From: an uncultured Bacilli bacterium
GTDB taxonomy: Bacteria; Bacillota_I; Bacilli_A; RF39; UBA660
Assembly (NCBI GenBank): GCA_947631295.1
Contig: CANRKU010000003.1
Coordinates: 4,313-68,312, forward strand
Length of the DNA: 64,000 nucleotides
Direction of reading: 5' to 3'
The notes below the pieces were generated by a model that was not told where the DNA came from, searched no databases, and worked only from the letters and a program-made list of their open reading frames with translations. Shown here piece after piece: positions 21,201 to 29,974 of this stretch; position 1 is the stretch's first letter, and every line of letters begins with the position of its first letter. Made by a program: the position numbers and the translations under genes.

Positions 21201-21369
21201 TATCATCAACTAAACAAATTGTTTTTCTTCCATTTTTTTCATTAATAACAGTATCCTTAGTAACAGTAAATTGGTCCAATTCCACAGCATTCACATTTTC
21301 TATAGACAACAATATCAATAAAAAAAAGAAAATAAAAGAATTTAGTTTTCTAAATAATCGGCAATTCAT
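18268..21369 (-). CDS. Large secreted Cys-rich protein, candidate adhesin or pilus-tip component
   Basis: 1033 aa with a signal peptide (cleavage near VNA|VE) and dozens of Cys in CxC/CxxC clusters. Rich in N, G and T. No C-terminal sorting signal. Confidence 0.6.
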   Translation of the reverse strand: MNCRLFRKLNSFIFFFLLILLSIENVNAVELDQFTVTKDTVINEKNGRKTICLVDDIYVGAMGTTYDISGAGSNVSLNSIIKSDVFGNNSPKNCFCSKFNGACSNGVGVNPICNGANSFDANATLSSCAIDAVEGNNYTYTICYHPSYNDAAGTLKNTMTQKLNGESYTITMDLSEKYISLADNITVEYCAEDNCNVDDATGLPRRYDRIIKRDAGKSTFTMTIPADTVYYLVFKGDLGGACGNAYLGYYQGVTPSNVSNRLYNSDICKWMRERFPGRNNWLANFLYDCYSETISKSKLTYLDAHINEKWNLVNEILNADINPDNNASIDTFTCQFDATQNKKTDTNAPVATYKTVLREGKYWSAMCTEELYLEYDTPKAVQAGAGFSYEATAIVKRTCQPIQISQPILKDECQYGIECWGGPTNHTGQSGAGPNQDFDDCIDTCDQGTYTQECINSCYQKVYKNNKLSSISIKPESTFLKSTNTESYQAIFVAQNSRTKIGGTKENRGNPHTLNPVSSECVVSGNSNSGWWQENHNNETGEGPCGITCDATSCTSEHDVNFVYLDSCNGTSEDEATKCYEVFRSGTDCVDDPTGEFYNEVTDSYLEYKDVLSAIQKVDPDKLKNEIYTMTIDEKYNTNDIIQTVFSNTGSGNRIYSSETDDVKRNENTGTNVVIAAVSNDTDLSGLNSEERSGVRDGLSTDSYTLTRTINLKIGAAYITRDGSFNNDKGALDSAKDVVYNTTVELTDTEKDKNYLYFGPYNKYFTSFATKLGINNYKTWPYYDETIPLSKSTAEYEKNIKVELQNIGTWNQWGKVSNNDSVDIQCFYGTSPDDCGLICPFDDDKSLGGIQYIFRPIELTDVFPNNRDPRFNWTGTIINDTATGAAISKNSSRSFYYGAEDVNPDALTSVIQNKGKSIYDVTVDSSEVDYEFVLTKENIRNIRDYNKHVKDYNNDGNRNYLDYNMSCHENSKGMQVCTSRFLDNVNGNSGTEESDSFITYSVTGYSMDNRKLLAGCNNAINGTNCDTSIFGGR

Positions 21370-22142
21370 TATTTAACCTCCCTATTTTCTTTAATTATAT
21401 CATAATTTTCATTTATGTAAACGGAATATTTTTCAATATTCTCATTTTTTCTTAATTTTCTAGCATCAACTTTAAACTGTGTTTTCCCAAATCGACCAAA
21501 ATATCTCGTACAAGTAATCAAAGATATTAACTCATCACTACTATCTACATCAACATCATAATCATAAATACTAGCATCTTTTACATTATTTATATATTTT
21601 TTTAACTCATCTTTATCACGATAACTTTCACCGATATCATCATCAGAATATAAAAAAGTAACTGCATAAATTTTATAAATATCATCTTTCCCATCATGAG
21701 TATATTGAATATATAGATTTTCTTTAGCAAAATCTTCATAAACAAAACCCATCAATTGTTCAAATCTAGTATGTTCTTCTCCATTAATAATTGGATTACT
21801 ACTAACATTTAAGATATTATGTCCATAAATAGCAGTTCTATTTTCACCTTCTTTATAACTATTAGTTCTCCATACATAATCTATTCCAGTAGCATAAGCA
21901 TTATTAGTTTCACTAATTACAGGATAATCAATATTTGTACCTTGTACTTGAATCCACCCTACTGTCTCAGCATCAGCTATTTTATAAGTATTCGTTAAAT
22001 CTATCCTAGACTCAAAAGTATAATAATCCTCTTTTTTCACCAAATTAGAATTTTTTAAGAATAGAATAGAAATAACTAATCCGATTAATATAATAACTAG
22101 TAAACTAGCGCATAATATCATTCTTTTTATTGACTTCTTCAT
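21369..22142 (-). CDS. Sortase family transpeptidase (class B-like)
   Basis: N-terminal TM anchor. Catalytic His in AIYGHN, Cys in LISLITCTRY (TLxTC motif), downstream Arg (DARK). Confidence 0.7.
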   Translation of the reverse strand: MKKSIKRMILCASLLVIILIGLVISILFLKNSNLVKKEDYYTFESRIDLTNTYKIADAETVGWIQVQGTNIDYPVISETNNAYATGIDYVWRTNSYKEGENRTAIYGHNILNVSSNPIINGEEHTRFEQLMGFVYEDFAKENLYIQYTHDGKDDIYKIYAVTFLYSDDDIGESYRDKDELKKYINNVKDASIYDYDVDVDSSDELISLITCTRYFGRFGKTQFKVDARKLRKNENIEKYSVYINENYDIIKENREVK

Positions 22143-22152
22143 GTAACACCTC

Positions 22153-23997
22153 TTATTTTACATAGTATGGATCAACACTAGTACCATTACCACTAGAAAT
22201 TTTAGCTGTATTCTTTAAATAAAATACGATTTTAAATGCATTGGAATCATAAAATCCTTTACCAATATTAAAAGTTCTACCATTTGAGCTATTAATCATA
22301 AATGCATTTTGTTCATCAACATAATCTAATAACCAGTAATTAACTTGAGAATTATAAGATTCATTAACTCCAGAAAATAATTCAAAACTAGATGGAATAC
22401 TCAATTTACTTTTAAAAGTACTATCTACTTTATAATGAGTATAATCAACATTCTCATCATATTGATAAAGAGAATAATCGTGATTAACAATCAAACTATC
22501 ATCAATAAAATCAATATATTCATTATTTAATTGATAACCAATATTTCCTTCTTGTTTAGGATTAAATTTCATAATATTATCTTCATTTTGATAACTAGAA
22601 TAAAAATATTTTTGTGTTGAAAGATTACCTAAATAAAGAACAGATACCAATTTTGTATTATGGTCTTCATCAAAACCACCAATTCTAAATATCATACCTG
22701 AATAGTTAATATATTCTCCTACTAATCTAGAATTAACTAAATCATGAGTTTTTCCATAAGAATAATCACCTAATCGATAAGGATTACCACTAGTACCATT
22801 ACCAGAAGTAATATATAAACCACTCTTTAAATTTAGTGCAGGTTTAGCTCCATTTAAAGATGTACTTTTAACCTCATCAATTCCTCCAGACATCATACTA
22901 TGAATATAAACATAATGAGCATTTTGTCGTGTTAATAACCAATATTCCCCAACAGTATTTAAATACGTAGCCCCATTTTCCATACTCTTATTCCAATCAG
23001 ATAATGTCAATAAGCCGACTTTATTGGTAGTGGTTGTTGTACAAGTATCAGATACATAATTTTCAAAATCTGCATAATCTAAACACCATTTACTATCTTG
23101 AACAACATATTGATCAGGATTATTTAAAGAATTATAAAAAGCCTTATTTAACCATACAGGAATATTACTCTTATCATAATCTGTTTCTAATGGTCCATAT
23201 GGAATATTAGAGATATTATCATAAGATACAATTTTAACACTTCCATCTTCATTGACATTAACAATTCTAAAAAGCATACCAGAAAATAATAGATAATTAT
23301 TAGGATTAAGTCCTCTATAATAATTACTATCATCTGTATTATTACGTACAATATCTGTTAAGTTTTGTGCTACTGTTACATTTCTAGTAACAACTGTCTT
23401 ATTAAAAGAATGATCACGAACAGTATAAGTAACTGGATAAGTCCCTATTTTAGTAATATCTACACTACTAGAATCAATAGTAACCAAACTAGCATCTAAA
23501 TCTCCATCTTTTTTATCATAAACTTTACTAACTCCTAATTCCTGATATTCACTACCTAAAGGGATAATTATATCAATATCACCATTTAAAGTAATTTCTG
23601 GGCCATCATGATCAATATGAGATTGAAATCTTCCACATTTTAGATAAGTAGCATATTGATACTCTCCATCTTCATTTTGATATACTCTAACCCAACTTTG
23701 TTCACTATCGCAAGTTTTTCTAGTTTTAGGTATATATAATGTATTAATATGTTCAGAATCATATAAATTTTGAAGCGTAATTTCTCTAGTTTCTCCTTTC
23801 TTTGGCAAATACATTTCATTAAATTCATAATAACGCTTAGCAGCATCTAGAAAATCTTTTTCTTGATTATGAAAAATATAATAACGGGAGAAAAAGAAAA
23901 CCCAAGATAACCATCCAACCAAAATAAGAGCTAACCCAACCACAACAGCAAAAAAAGCTTTTTTATTTTTTCTTAACTTAAGTATTATTTTTTTCAT
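22153..23997 (-). CDS. Large surface protein with an N-terminal signal-anchor
   Basis: 614 aa. One TM near the N-terminus (FFAVVVGLALILVGWLSWVFFF), the rest is Asn/Tyr/Ser-rich extracellular sequence. No LPXTG. Confidence 0.5.
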   Translation of the reverse strand: MKKIILKLRKNKKAFFAVVVGLALILVGWLSWVFFFSRYYIFHNQEKDFLDAAKRYYEFNEMYLPKKGETREITLQNLYDSEHINTLYIPKTRKTCDSEQSWVRVYQNEDGEYQYATYLKCGRFQSHIDHDGPEITLNGDIDIIIPLGSEYQELGVSKVYDKKDGDLDASLVTIDSSSVDITKIGTYPVTYTVRDHSFNKTVVTRNVTVAQNLTDIVRNNTDDSNYYRGLNPNNYLLFSGMLFRIVNVNEDGSVKIVSYDNISNIPYGPLETDYDKSNIPVWLNKAFYNSLNNPDQYVVQDSKWCLDYADFENYVSDTCTTTTTNKVGLLTLSDWNKSMENGATYLNTVGEYWLLTRQNAHYVYIHSMMSGGIDEVKSTSLNGAKPALNLKSGLYITSGNGTSGNPYRLGDYSYGKTHDLVNSRLVGEYINYSGMIFRIGGFDEDHNTKLVSVLYLGNLSTQKYFYSSYQNEDNIMKFNPKQEGNIGYQLNNEYIDFIDDSLIVNHDYSLYQYDENVDYTHYKVDSTFKSKLSIPSSFELFSGVNESYNSQVNYWLLDYVDEQNAFMINSSNGRTFNIGKGFYDSNAFKIVFYLKNTAKISSGNGTSVDPYYVK

Positions 23998-24000
23998 ATA

Positions 24001-25563
24001 TTATTCTCCTTTCAAAGTATAAAAATACTGATAAGTACGGATAGTAAATACAAAATCTATCTTATTACTATTTTGAATTTCATCAGGAACGGTAAAATAT
24101 AAATAACCACCACGATAATTTTTATTAACAGCATTCTTTAAAGTTATCCATTTATATTCTCCATCAATTTCATAGCGGATTTTTCCATATTTGAGGAAAA
24201 AATTTAAAAATTCTTGTTTAGTTTCGCTTTCATAGGTTCCTTTAATATACAAAATCTTTTGTCCCGGAAGAGCATTTACTGTACCCTGATAGATAGGACA
24301 ACTATCAGGGCTACATTCTTGATAAGTATAATAAGCACTATCTAATAACTGATAACTAGAAAGTTGAAAAGTCATACTTTCTAATAAATTAATAGGAATC
24401 GTAAAAGTTTGATTGATACTAGACTGACCTTTTTCTTTAAAAGAACTAATATCTTGTACCTTCATTTTAACACGAATTAATTTTCCATCTCCACTTACAT
24501 CTTGATACTTTAATATAAAGTTAGCATCTTCTGAAGGTTTAGGAACCTCATAAATAAGTAGATAAGAGGTTTTTTCCTTTGCTTTTAAAGATTGTTCAAT
24601 AAATAAATTACCCATATCTGAAAAATAAGAATTAAATCTAGTAGTAGGAACATAATAATCATTATCCACAAACAATAACATTTTTTGAATATCAAAATCT
24701 CTAGAAATAGAAAGTAAATTTTCAATATTCAAATCTACTAAAATAAAATAAGTATTTTGAGTCGTAATAATATTACCGGTAAAATCTTTATCTGTTAAAT
24801 AGGTATGACTAACCTTAATTTTATAATTATTCGATTCAAATGTCTGATTCATGTTATAGATTTTATTTTCAACAAAGAAATATTGATATACATTAAAACC
24901 AAAGATTGCAAACACAATAGCAAAAACAATGGATAACGAAACAGTATGTTCTAAGAAAAAATATTTAAAGTAACGTAATCGATATTTTAATTTACGAAGA
25001 TAACGATCTTTATCAAAACCAACCTGTACCTCTATTTCTTCACGATCACTCTCGTTAATCTCTGCAAACTCTTTATCTTCTTGAAATCCAAAATTTTTTA
25101 AATCAATTCCAATGGAACGAATTAATAAAATGAAAAGCATTGGATAATAAAATAAAGTAGAAATAAATAACAAGTCATTCACAATTTTAATCGCAATTAA
25201 ATTATATCCTTCTACTACTTGATAAGTAAAATAATTATCAGTATATAGAAAGAAAGCAAAAGTAAGAAAATTAGCAACTAAAATATAAACATAACTAAGA
25301 TATGGTTTATCTTTATATCGAAGCAAATAAATTAAAATGCCAGAAATAACTATAGTAGCAATAAAAGCTAAATAAATATAGATATTAGCATAGTGCTGAA
25401 TAGAATCGATAGCAGGATTATAAATACTAGTTTCTAAATAAGTATTTACAAATTGATGAATTTGCAAGTTTTGATAAAAAATAATTCCAACAAGGAGTAG
25501 TAACAAAATATTAATTTTCTGAAAGTACTTAATTAAAAAAGCATATGGCTTTCTAAGTATCAT
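24001..25563 (-). CDS. Polytopic membrane protein with a large C-terminal extracytoplasmic domain. First gene of the array
   Basis: 520 aa. The N-terminal 220 aa have about 6 TM helices and the C-terminal 300 aa are soluble. Confidence 0.5.
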   Translation of the reverse strand: MILRKPYAFLIKYFQKINILLLLLVGIIFYQNLQIHQFVNTYLETSIYNPAIDSIQHYANIYIYLAFIATIVISGILIYLLRYKDKPYLSYVYILVANFLTFAFFLYTDNYFTYQVVEGYNLIAIKIVNDLLFISTLFYYPMLFILLIRSIGIDLKNFGFQEDKEFAEINESDREEIEVQVGFDKDRYLRKLKYRLRYFKYFFLEHTVSLSIVFAIVFAIFGFNVYQYFFVENKIYNMNQTFESNNYKIKVSHTYLTDKDFTGNIITTQNTYFILVDLNIENLLSISRDFDIQKMLLFVDNDYYVPTTRFNSYFSDMGNLFIEQSLKAKEKTSYLLIYEVPKPSEDANFILKYQDVSGDGKLIRVKMKVQDISSFKEKGQSSINQTFTIPINLLESMTFQLSSYQLLDSAYYTYQECSPDSCPIYQGTVNALPGQKILYIKGTYESETKQEFLNFFLKYGKIRYEIDGEYKWITLKNAVNKNYRGGYLYFTVPDEIQNSNKIDFVFTIRTYQYFYTLKGE

Positions 25564-25669
25564 AACACTACCTCCTATTTTACTCTAGTTACATTATAAC
25601 ATAAGTTCATGAAAAAAAAAGAAAAATTTTGATAGTTTTATGCTATACTGGAATAGACGAGGTGGGTAA

Positions 25670-26083
25670 ATGAAAAAATATATAAAATTATCAATAATTC
25701 TATTATGTTTATTTATGTTTACAGGATGTAAAAAAGATTATATGGTAGAAATTAATTATCAAGAATATCAAAATTTAATAAAAGAGAAAGAAACTTTTAT
25801 TTTAGAAATTATGAGAACAAAATGTAGTGCTTGTATTAGTTTTAAACCTAAAATTACACAAGTTGCTGAAGATTATAAAATAGAAATTAAATACATAAAT
25901 ACAGATCATATTACACAAAAAGAGAAAGATGAATTATTTGATAGCACAAGTATTAGTGGTACTCCCACTGTAATTTTCTATCATGATGGAATAGAAGAAA
26001 CAATATCATCTAGAATCAAAGGATCCGTATCTGTAGATAAAATTATTTCTAAGTTTAAAACAAATGGTTTTATAACAGAATAA
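25670..26083 (+). CDS. Thioredoxin-fold lipoprotein (thiol-disulfide oxidoreductase-like)
   Basis: Lipoprotein signal LLCLFMFTGC. CxxC in MRTKCSACISF within a thioredoxin-like context. SD gaggtgg. Confidence 0.6.
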   Translation: MKKYIKLSIILLCLFMFTGCKKDYMVEINYQEYQNLIKEKETFILEIMRTKCSACISFKPKITQVAEDYKIEIKYINTDHITQKEKDELFDSTSISGTPTVIFYHDGIEETISSRIKGSVSVDKIISKFKTNGFITE

Positions 26084-26105
26084 AGATTTAAATTTTTATT
26101 GAAAA

Positions 26106-26133
26106 AAGCCTCTAGAAAAAAATCTAGAGGCTT
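26106..26133. terminator. Bidirectional rho-independent terminator between convergent genes
   Basis: aagcctctag-aaaaaaa-tctagaggctt perfect hairpin, flanked by A/T runs on both sides. Confidence 0.6.
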
Positions 26134-26164
26134 TTTAATAGTAGAAAGAATTGGCTTGTTATCA

Positions 26165-27211
26165 TTAAAATAATTTTAAAATATCATTAAAGGTAATATA
26201 AATCATTAAAGCTAGTAATAAAATGAAACCAATTGTATGAATTTTATTTTCAGTTTCTGGTTTTACAGGGCTTCCTTTAATCTTTTCAATAATTAAGAAT
26301 AAGATTCTTCCCCCATCAAAAGCAGGAAATGGTATCAAATTAATAAATCCGACATTAACACTCAACAAAGCAATTAAATATAAAATATTTTCCAATCCTG
26401 AGCTAGCTTGCGTACCAATGATATTATAAATACCTACAGGACCACTTAATTGATTTACAGATAATCCTCCAGTAAATAATCCTTTTAAAGTAATTACCAT
26501 CTGTCTAAATAAAGCTCCCATTTTAATAAATGCATAACGAATAGCTGGTACAAATCCATGTTCAAGTTTTCCCTCAGAAATAATTCCAACTCGATAAATA
26601 GTACTTCCATCCACTTCTTCTTTGACTGGTGTTACATCAATATCAAGTTCTTTGTTATCTCTTTTTACCGTAAAAGTAATTGGTTTACTTTTATCTTCTA
26701 CTTGTAAATAAATAGAAACATCATCATTTGTTTTTACTTTATGACCATTAATTTCTAAAATATAATCTCCAACCTCAAGACCAGCTTTAATAGCAGGATT
26801 ATCGTCAACTAATTCAGAAATAATAGGTTTAGAAGAAACAGCACCCCAACCAAATGCAATCACAAAAAGTAAAATCAATGCCAAAATAAAATTATTACCT
26901 GCCCCAAAAAACATAACTAAAAATCTTTGCCATACAGGTTTAGACTGCAATCTTCGATCTAGTGGAATTTTCTCATGATCATCACTATCTAAATCCTCCC
27001 CAGCTAGTGAACAAAATCCACCAATAGGAATAGCACGAATAGAGTATTCCGTCTCTCCACTCTTACTCTTCCAATGAAACAATTTAGGACCCATTCCAAT
27101 TGCAAATTCATAAACATAAATCCCAAATATTTTAGCAAAGATAAAATGCCCAAATTCATGTACTAAAACAATTACTCCTAAAATAATAATAAAGTAAATT
27201 AAATTTAACAT
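26165..27211 (-). CDS. rseP: RIP (site-2) zinc metalloprotease RseP/RasP
   Basis: HEFGHFIFAK HExxH motif in TM1, a PDZ-like middle region and multiple TM helices. Confidence 0.8.
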   Translation of the reverse strand: MLNLIYFIIILGVIVLVHEFGHFIFAKIFGIYVYEFAIGMGPKLFHWKSKSGETEYSIRAIPIGGFCSLAGEDLDSDDHEKIPLDRRLQSKPVWQRFLVMFFGAGNNFILALILLFVIAFGWGAVSSKPIISELVDDNPAIKAGLEVGDYILEINGHKVKTNDDVSIYLQVEDKSKPITFTVKRDNKELDIDVTPVKEEVDGSTIYRVGIISEGKLEHGFVPAIRYAFIKMGALFRQMVITLKGLFTGGLSVNQLSGPVGIYNIIGTQASSGLENILYLIALLSVNVGFINLIPFPAFDGGRILFLIIEKIKGSPVKPETENKIHTIGFILLLALMIYITFNDILKLF

Positions 27212-27219
27212 ATTTCCTC

Positions 27220-28053
27220 CTATAAAATAGATATGAATAAAATAGATGTAATAATGACAAAAATTAAACTATCAAATAAATCTAAAATCCCACCATGACC
27301 TGGTATTAAATTAGAAAAGTCTTTTTGTTGATAATATCTTTTAATTTGAGAAAAGATTAAATCCCCTATTTGTCCAATTAAAGATAACGTAAATGTCGCA
27401 ATAAAAACAGGAATAAATAGAGCTTGACTATTAATAACAGCAAAATAATAATTGATTCCTGCGAAAGTCCCCACAATAGTACCACCAATAAATCCTTCAA
27501 TAGTCTTGTTAGGAGAAATATATTCTGCTAATTTATTTTTGCCAATTAACTTGCCTGTAAAAAAAGCAAAAATATCGGTAAAAAAAGTAATGACTACAAA
27601 ATAAATAAAATGATTAATAGAATAATTACGAATTAAAATGACTAAGTTAAAAGAAAGACCAATAAATAAAACACTACCTAATAAATAAAGAGCATCTTGT
27701 AAATTATACTTTTCATTATTCCCAACTAGTACCAATGGAATCATAAAAATAAAAATCAAAAAAGTTAAAATACGATAATCTAATACAAGCACAAATTCTT
27801 TACTTTGATAATTATTTAAAATTAAGAATCCAACTGCTAAATAAGCCAGTATTTCAATTAGTAAAGATAATTTCTTTTTCTTTAGTTTTAAATCAAATAA
27901 TTCTTTAAAAGCAATTAAACCAACTGTCAAAATCAATCCCGTAAAGTAAATATCCCCTTTTAGAATAAAAGGAACAAAAATTAATACTAAAATAATCGAA
28001 CTGATAATTCTATTTTTCAAGTTTAACACCTCCAAATTTACGATCTCGTTCAT
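27220..28053 (-). CDS. cdsA: Phosphatidate cytidylyltransferase
   Basis: 277-aa polytopic membrane protein in the conserved uppS-cdsA-rseP order. Confidence 0.65.
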   Translation of the reverse strand: MNEIVNLEVLNLKNRIISSIILVLIFVPFILKGDIYFTGLILTVGLIAFKELFDLKLKKKKLSLLIEILAYLAVGFLILNNYQSKEFVLVLDYRILTFLIFIFMIPLVLVGNNEKYNLQDALYLLGSVLFIGLSFNLVILIRNYSINHFIYFVVITFFTDIFAFFTGKLIGKNKLAEYISPNKTIEGFIGGTIVGTFAGINYYFAVINSQALFIPVFIATFTLSLIGQIGDLIFSQIKRYYQQKDFSNLIPGHGGILDLFDSLIFVIITSILFISIL

Positions 28054-28717
28054 AATAAGCTAAGATTGCTTTATCGAATTCTTCTTTATGAAAATCTGGA
28101 AATAAAGTATCTGTAAAATAAAACTCACTATAAGACATTTGCCATAGCATAAAATTACTAACACGGTACTCTCCACTAGTACGAATTAATAAATCAATCG
28201 GTGGTAAATCCTGGTATAATTCTTTAGAAAATAAATTATCATCAATATCATCTAAAGTAATTTTACCATCTATAACATTTTGACAAATTTTCTTAGTAGT
28301 ATCAATAATTTCAGTATGTCCGCCATAATTCAAACAAATATTGAATACTAATTTATCATTATCTTTAGTTTTTTCAACAATTTCATCCATACTAGCTAAC
28401 ACATCTTGACGCAATGGTTCTCTTCTACCTGAGAAAACAACTTTTACTCCATGTTTATGTAACTCTTTAAATTTTTTACGAAACATTTCAATAAAAAGAT
28501 TCATTAAAAAATCTACTTCTTCTTTACTTCGTTTAAAATTTTCAGTAGAAAATGCAAATACTGATAAATAAGAAATTTTTTTTGAAACTGCATGTAAACA
28601 TAATTCTTCCAATACTTTGCTTCCTTCTTTATGTCCCATGCTTCTATTGAGACCTCTTTTTTTAGCCCATCTACCATTTCCATCCATAATAATTGCAACA
28701 TGTTTTAATTCTTCCAT
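28010..28717 (-). CDS. uppS: Undecaprenyl-diphosphate synthase (isoprenyl transferase)
   Basis: N-terminal HVAIIMDGNGRWAKKRGL signature. 235 aa. Confidence 0.85.
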   Translation of the reverse strand: MEELKHVAIIMDGNGRWAKKRGLNRSMGHKEGSKVLEELCLHAVSKKISYLSVFAFSTENFKRSKEEVDFLMNLFIEMFRKKFKELHKHGVKVVFSGRREPLRQDVLASMDEIVEKTKDNDKLVFNICLNYGGHTEIIDTTKKICQNVIDGKITLDDIDDNLFSKELYQDLPPIDLLIRTSGEYRVSNFMLWQMSYSEFYFTDTLFPDFHKEEFDKAILAYYERDRKFGGVKLEK

Positions 28718-28875
28718 ACTAATCTCCTTAACATATAATTATTATAATATAATTTTTGAAATCCTACAACGAGAAAAGAAAAAAAGAACAATTCTTTCCC
28801 TATTCCAATGAAAATGAATCAATTACTTATTAAAATATTTTCGTTATTTTAGGACATGCTAATAAAGGTGATACA

Positions 28876-29364
28876 ATGTATTATATAAATTACTTTTTCC
28901 TATATGCTATTTTAGGACACCTAATAGAAACCTTCTTCGTATCTGGATTTACTAGTGGAATTCTCTATGGATGGTGGACACCTGTATATGGTTTTGGTGT
29001 AGTAATCATTCTATTAATAGGCAAATGGATAGATAATTTCGGTTGGAAAAAGAAAAAAATTTGGAAAATTTTTACTACTTATTTGTTATGCATGATTTTT
29101 CTTACCATAATTGAATTAATAGGAGGATATACAATTGAATTATTATTTCATAAAACATTTTGGAACTATGAAAAACATAAATTTCATATTGGACCCTATA
29201 TATCATTAGAAACCGCAAATATATGGGGAATTGCTAGCATTCTAGTATTATATGTATTAAAACCAATTACCGATAAAATAGTTATTAGAATACCAAAAAT
29301 GATAACCTATCTATTCATTATTTTAATGTTTATAGATGTAAGTACTACTATTTTCCTAAAATAA
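28876..29364 (+). CDS. Hypothetical integral membrane protein
   Basis: 162 aa with 4 to 5 TM helices. Confidence 0.4.
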   Translation: MYYINYFFLYAILGHLIETFFVSGFTSGILYGWWTPVYGFGVVIILLIGKWIDNFGWKKKKIWKIFTTYLLCMIFLTIIELIGGYTIELLFHKTFWNYEKHKFHIGPYISLETANIWGIASILVLYVLKPITDKIVIRIPKMITYLFIILMFIDVSTTIFLK

Positions 29365-29379
29365 AAATCAATACTGATT

Positions 29380-29628
29380 TTAAAAACTATCAATATTGAT
29401 TTTTACTTTTTTATTATCTTTAATATAACTACTTGCTTGAACTAAAGTCCTAATAGCATTGGCAAGTTTTCCACCTTTACCAATAACTCTTCCCATATCA
29501 TCATTATCAACTAATACTTGAATAAGAATAGTATTCTCTTCATCACTTTCAAACTCTTTTACTGATACATTCTCTTGATTCATAACAAGCGATTTTACTA
29601 AAAACTCTGTTAACTCCACTAAATTCAT
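29380..29628 (-). CDS. KH-domain RNA-binding protein (YlqC-like)
   Basis: VIGKGGKLANAIRTL KH motif. 82 aa, directly downstream of rpsP. Confidence 0.75.
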   Translation of the reverse strand: MNLVELTEFLVKSLVMNQENVSVKEFESDEENTILIQVLVDNDDMGRVIGKGGKLANAIRTLVQASSYIKDNKKVKINIDSF

Positions 29629-29630
29629 AA

Positions 29631-29897
29631 TTATTTACCTTGTTTTTCTTCAGCAAATTTTTTCATAATACCAGCTTTAGAAAATAAATTTCTAACGGTA
29701 TCAGAAGGTTGTGCACCAGTTCTTAACCATTTTAGTGCAACTTCTTCATTAATCTTTGTTTCATCTGCAATAGGATTATAAGTTCCTACTAATTCTAGAT
29801 ATTCTCCATCTCTTTTTTGTCTAGAATCACTAGCTACAATACGATAACTAGGTCTTTTCTTAGCACCCATTCTAGTTAATCTTAATTTAACTGCCAT
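29631..29897 (-). CDS. rpsP: 30S ribosomal protein S16
   Basis: [26 protein letters not shown] matches the S16 N-terminus. Confidence 0.9.
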   Translation of the reverse strand: MAVKLRLTRMGAKKRPSYRIVASDSRQKRDGEYLELVGTYNPIADETKINEEVALKWLRTGAQPSDTVRNLFSKAGIMKKFAEEKQGK

Positions 29898-29974
29898 AGT
29901 TCTCCTCCATTTCTAAATATAAATTCATTATACATATTTTTTTAACCACTGTCAACTATTTTTTATTAACACTA

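Noticed and set aside
21369-25563. Interpreting the sortase plus large surface proteins as a classical sortase-assembled (SpaA-type) LPXTG pilus
   Set aside because: None of the adjacent proteins has an LPXTG-like motif with a C-terminal hydrophobic tail or a recognisable pilin motif. Both have N-terminal anchors instead.
28513-28811. 62 to 64-aa ORFs overlapping uppS and its upstream region
   Set aside because: Overlap a well-supported uppS CDS in other frames. No motif support.
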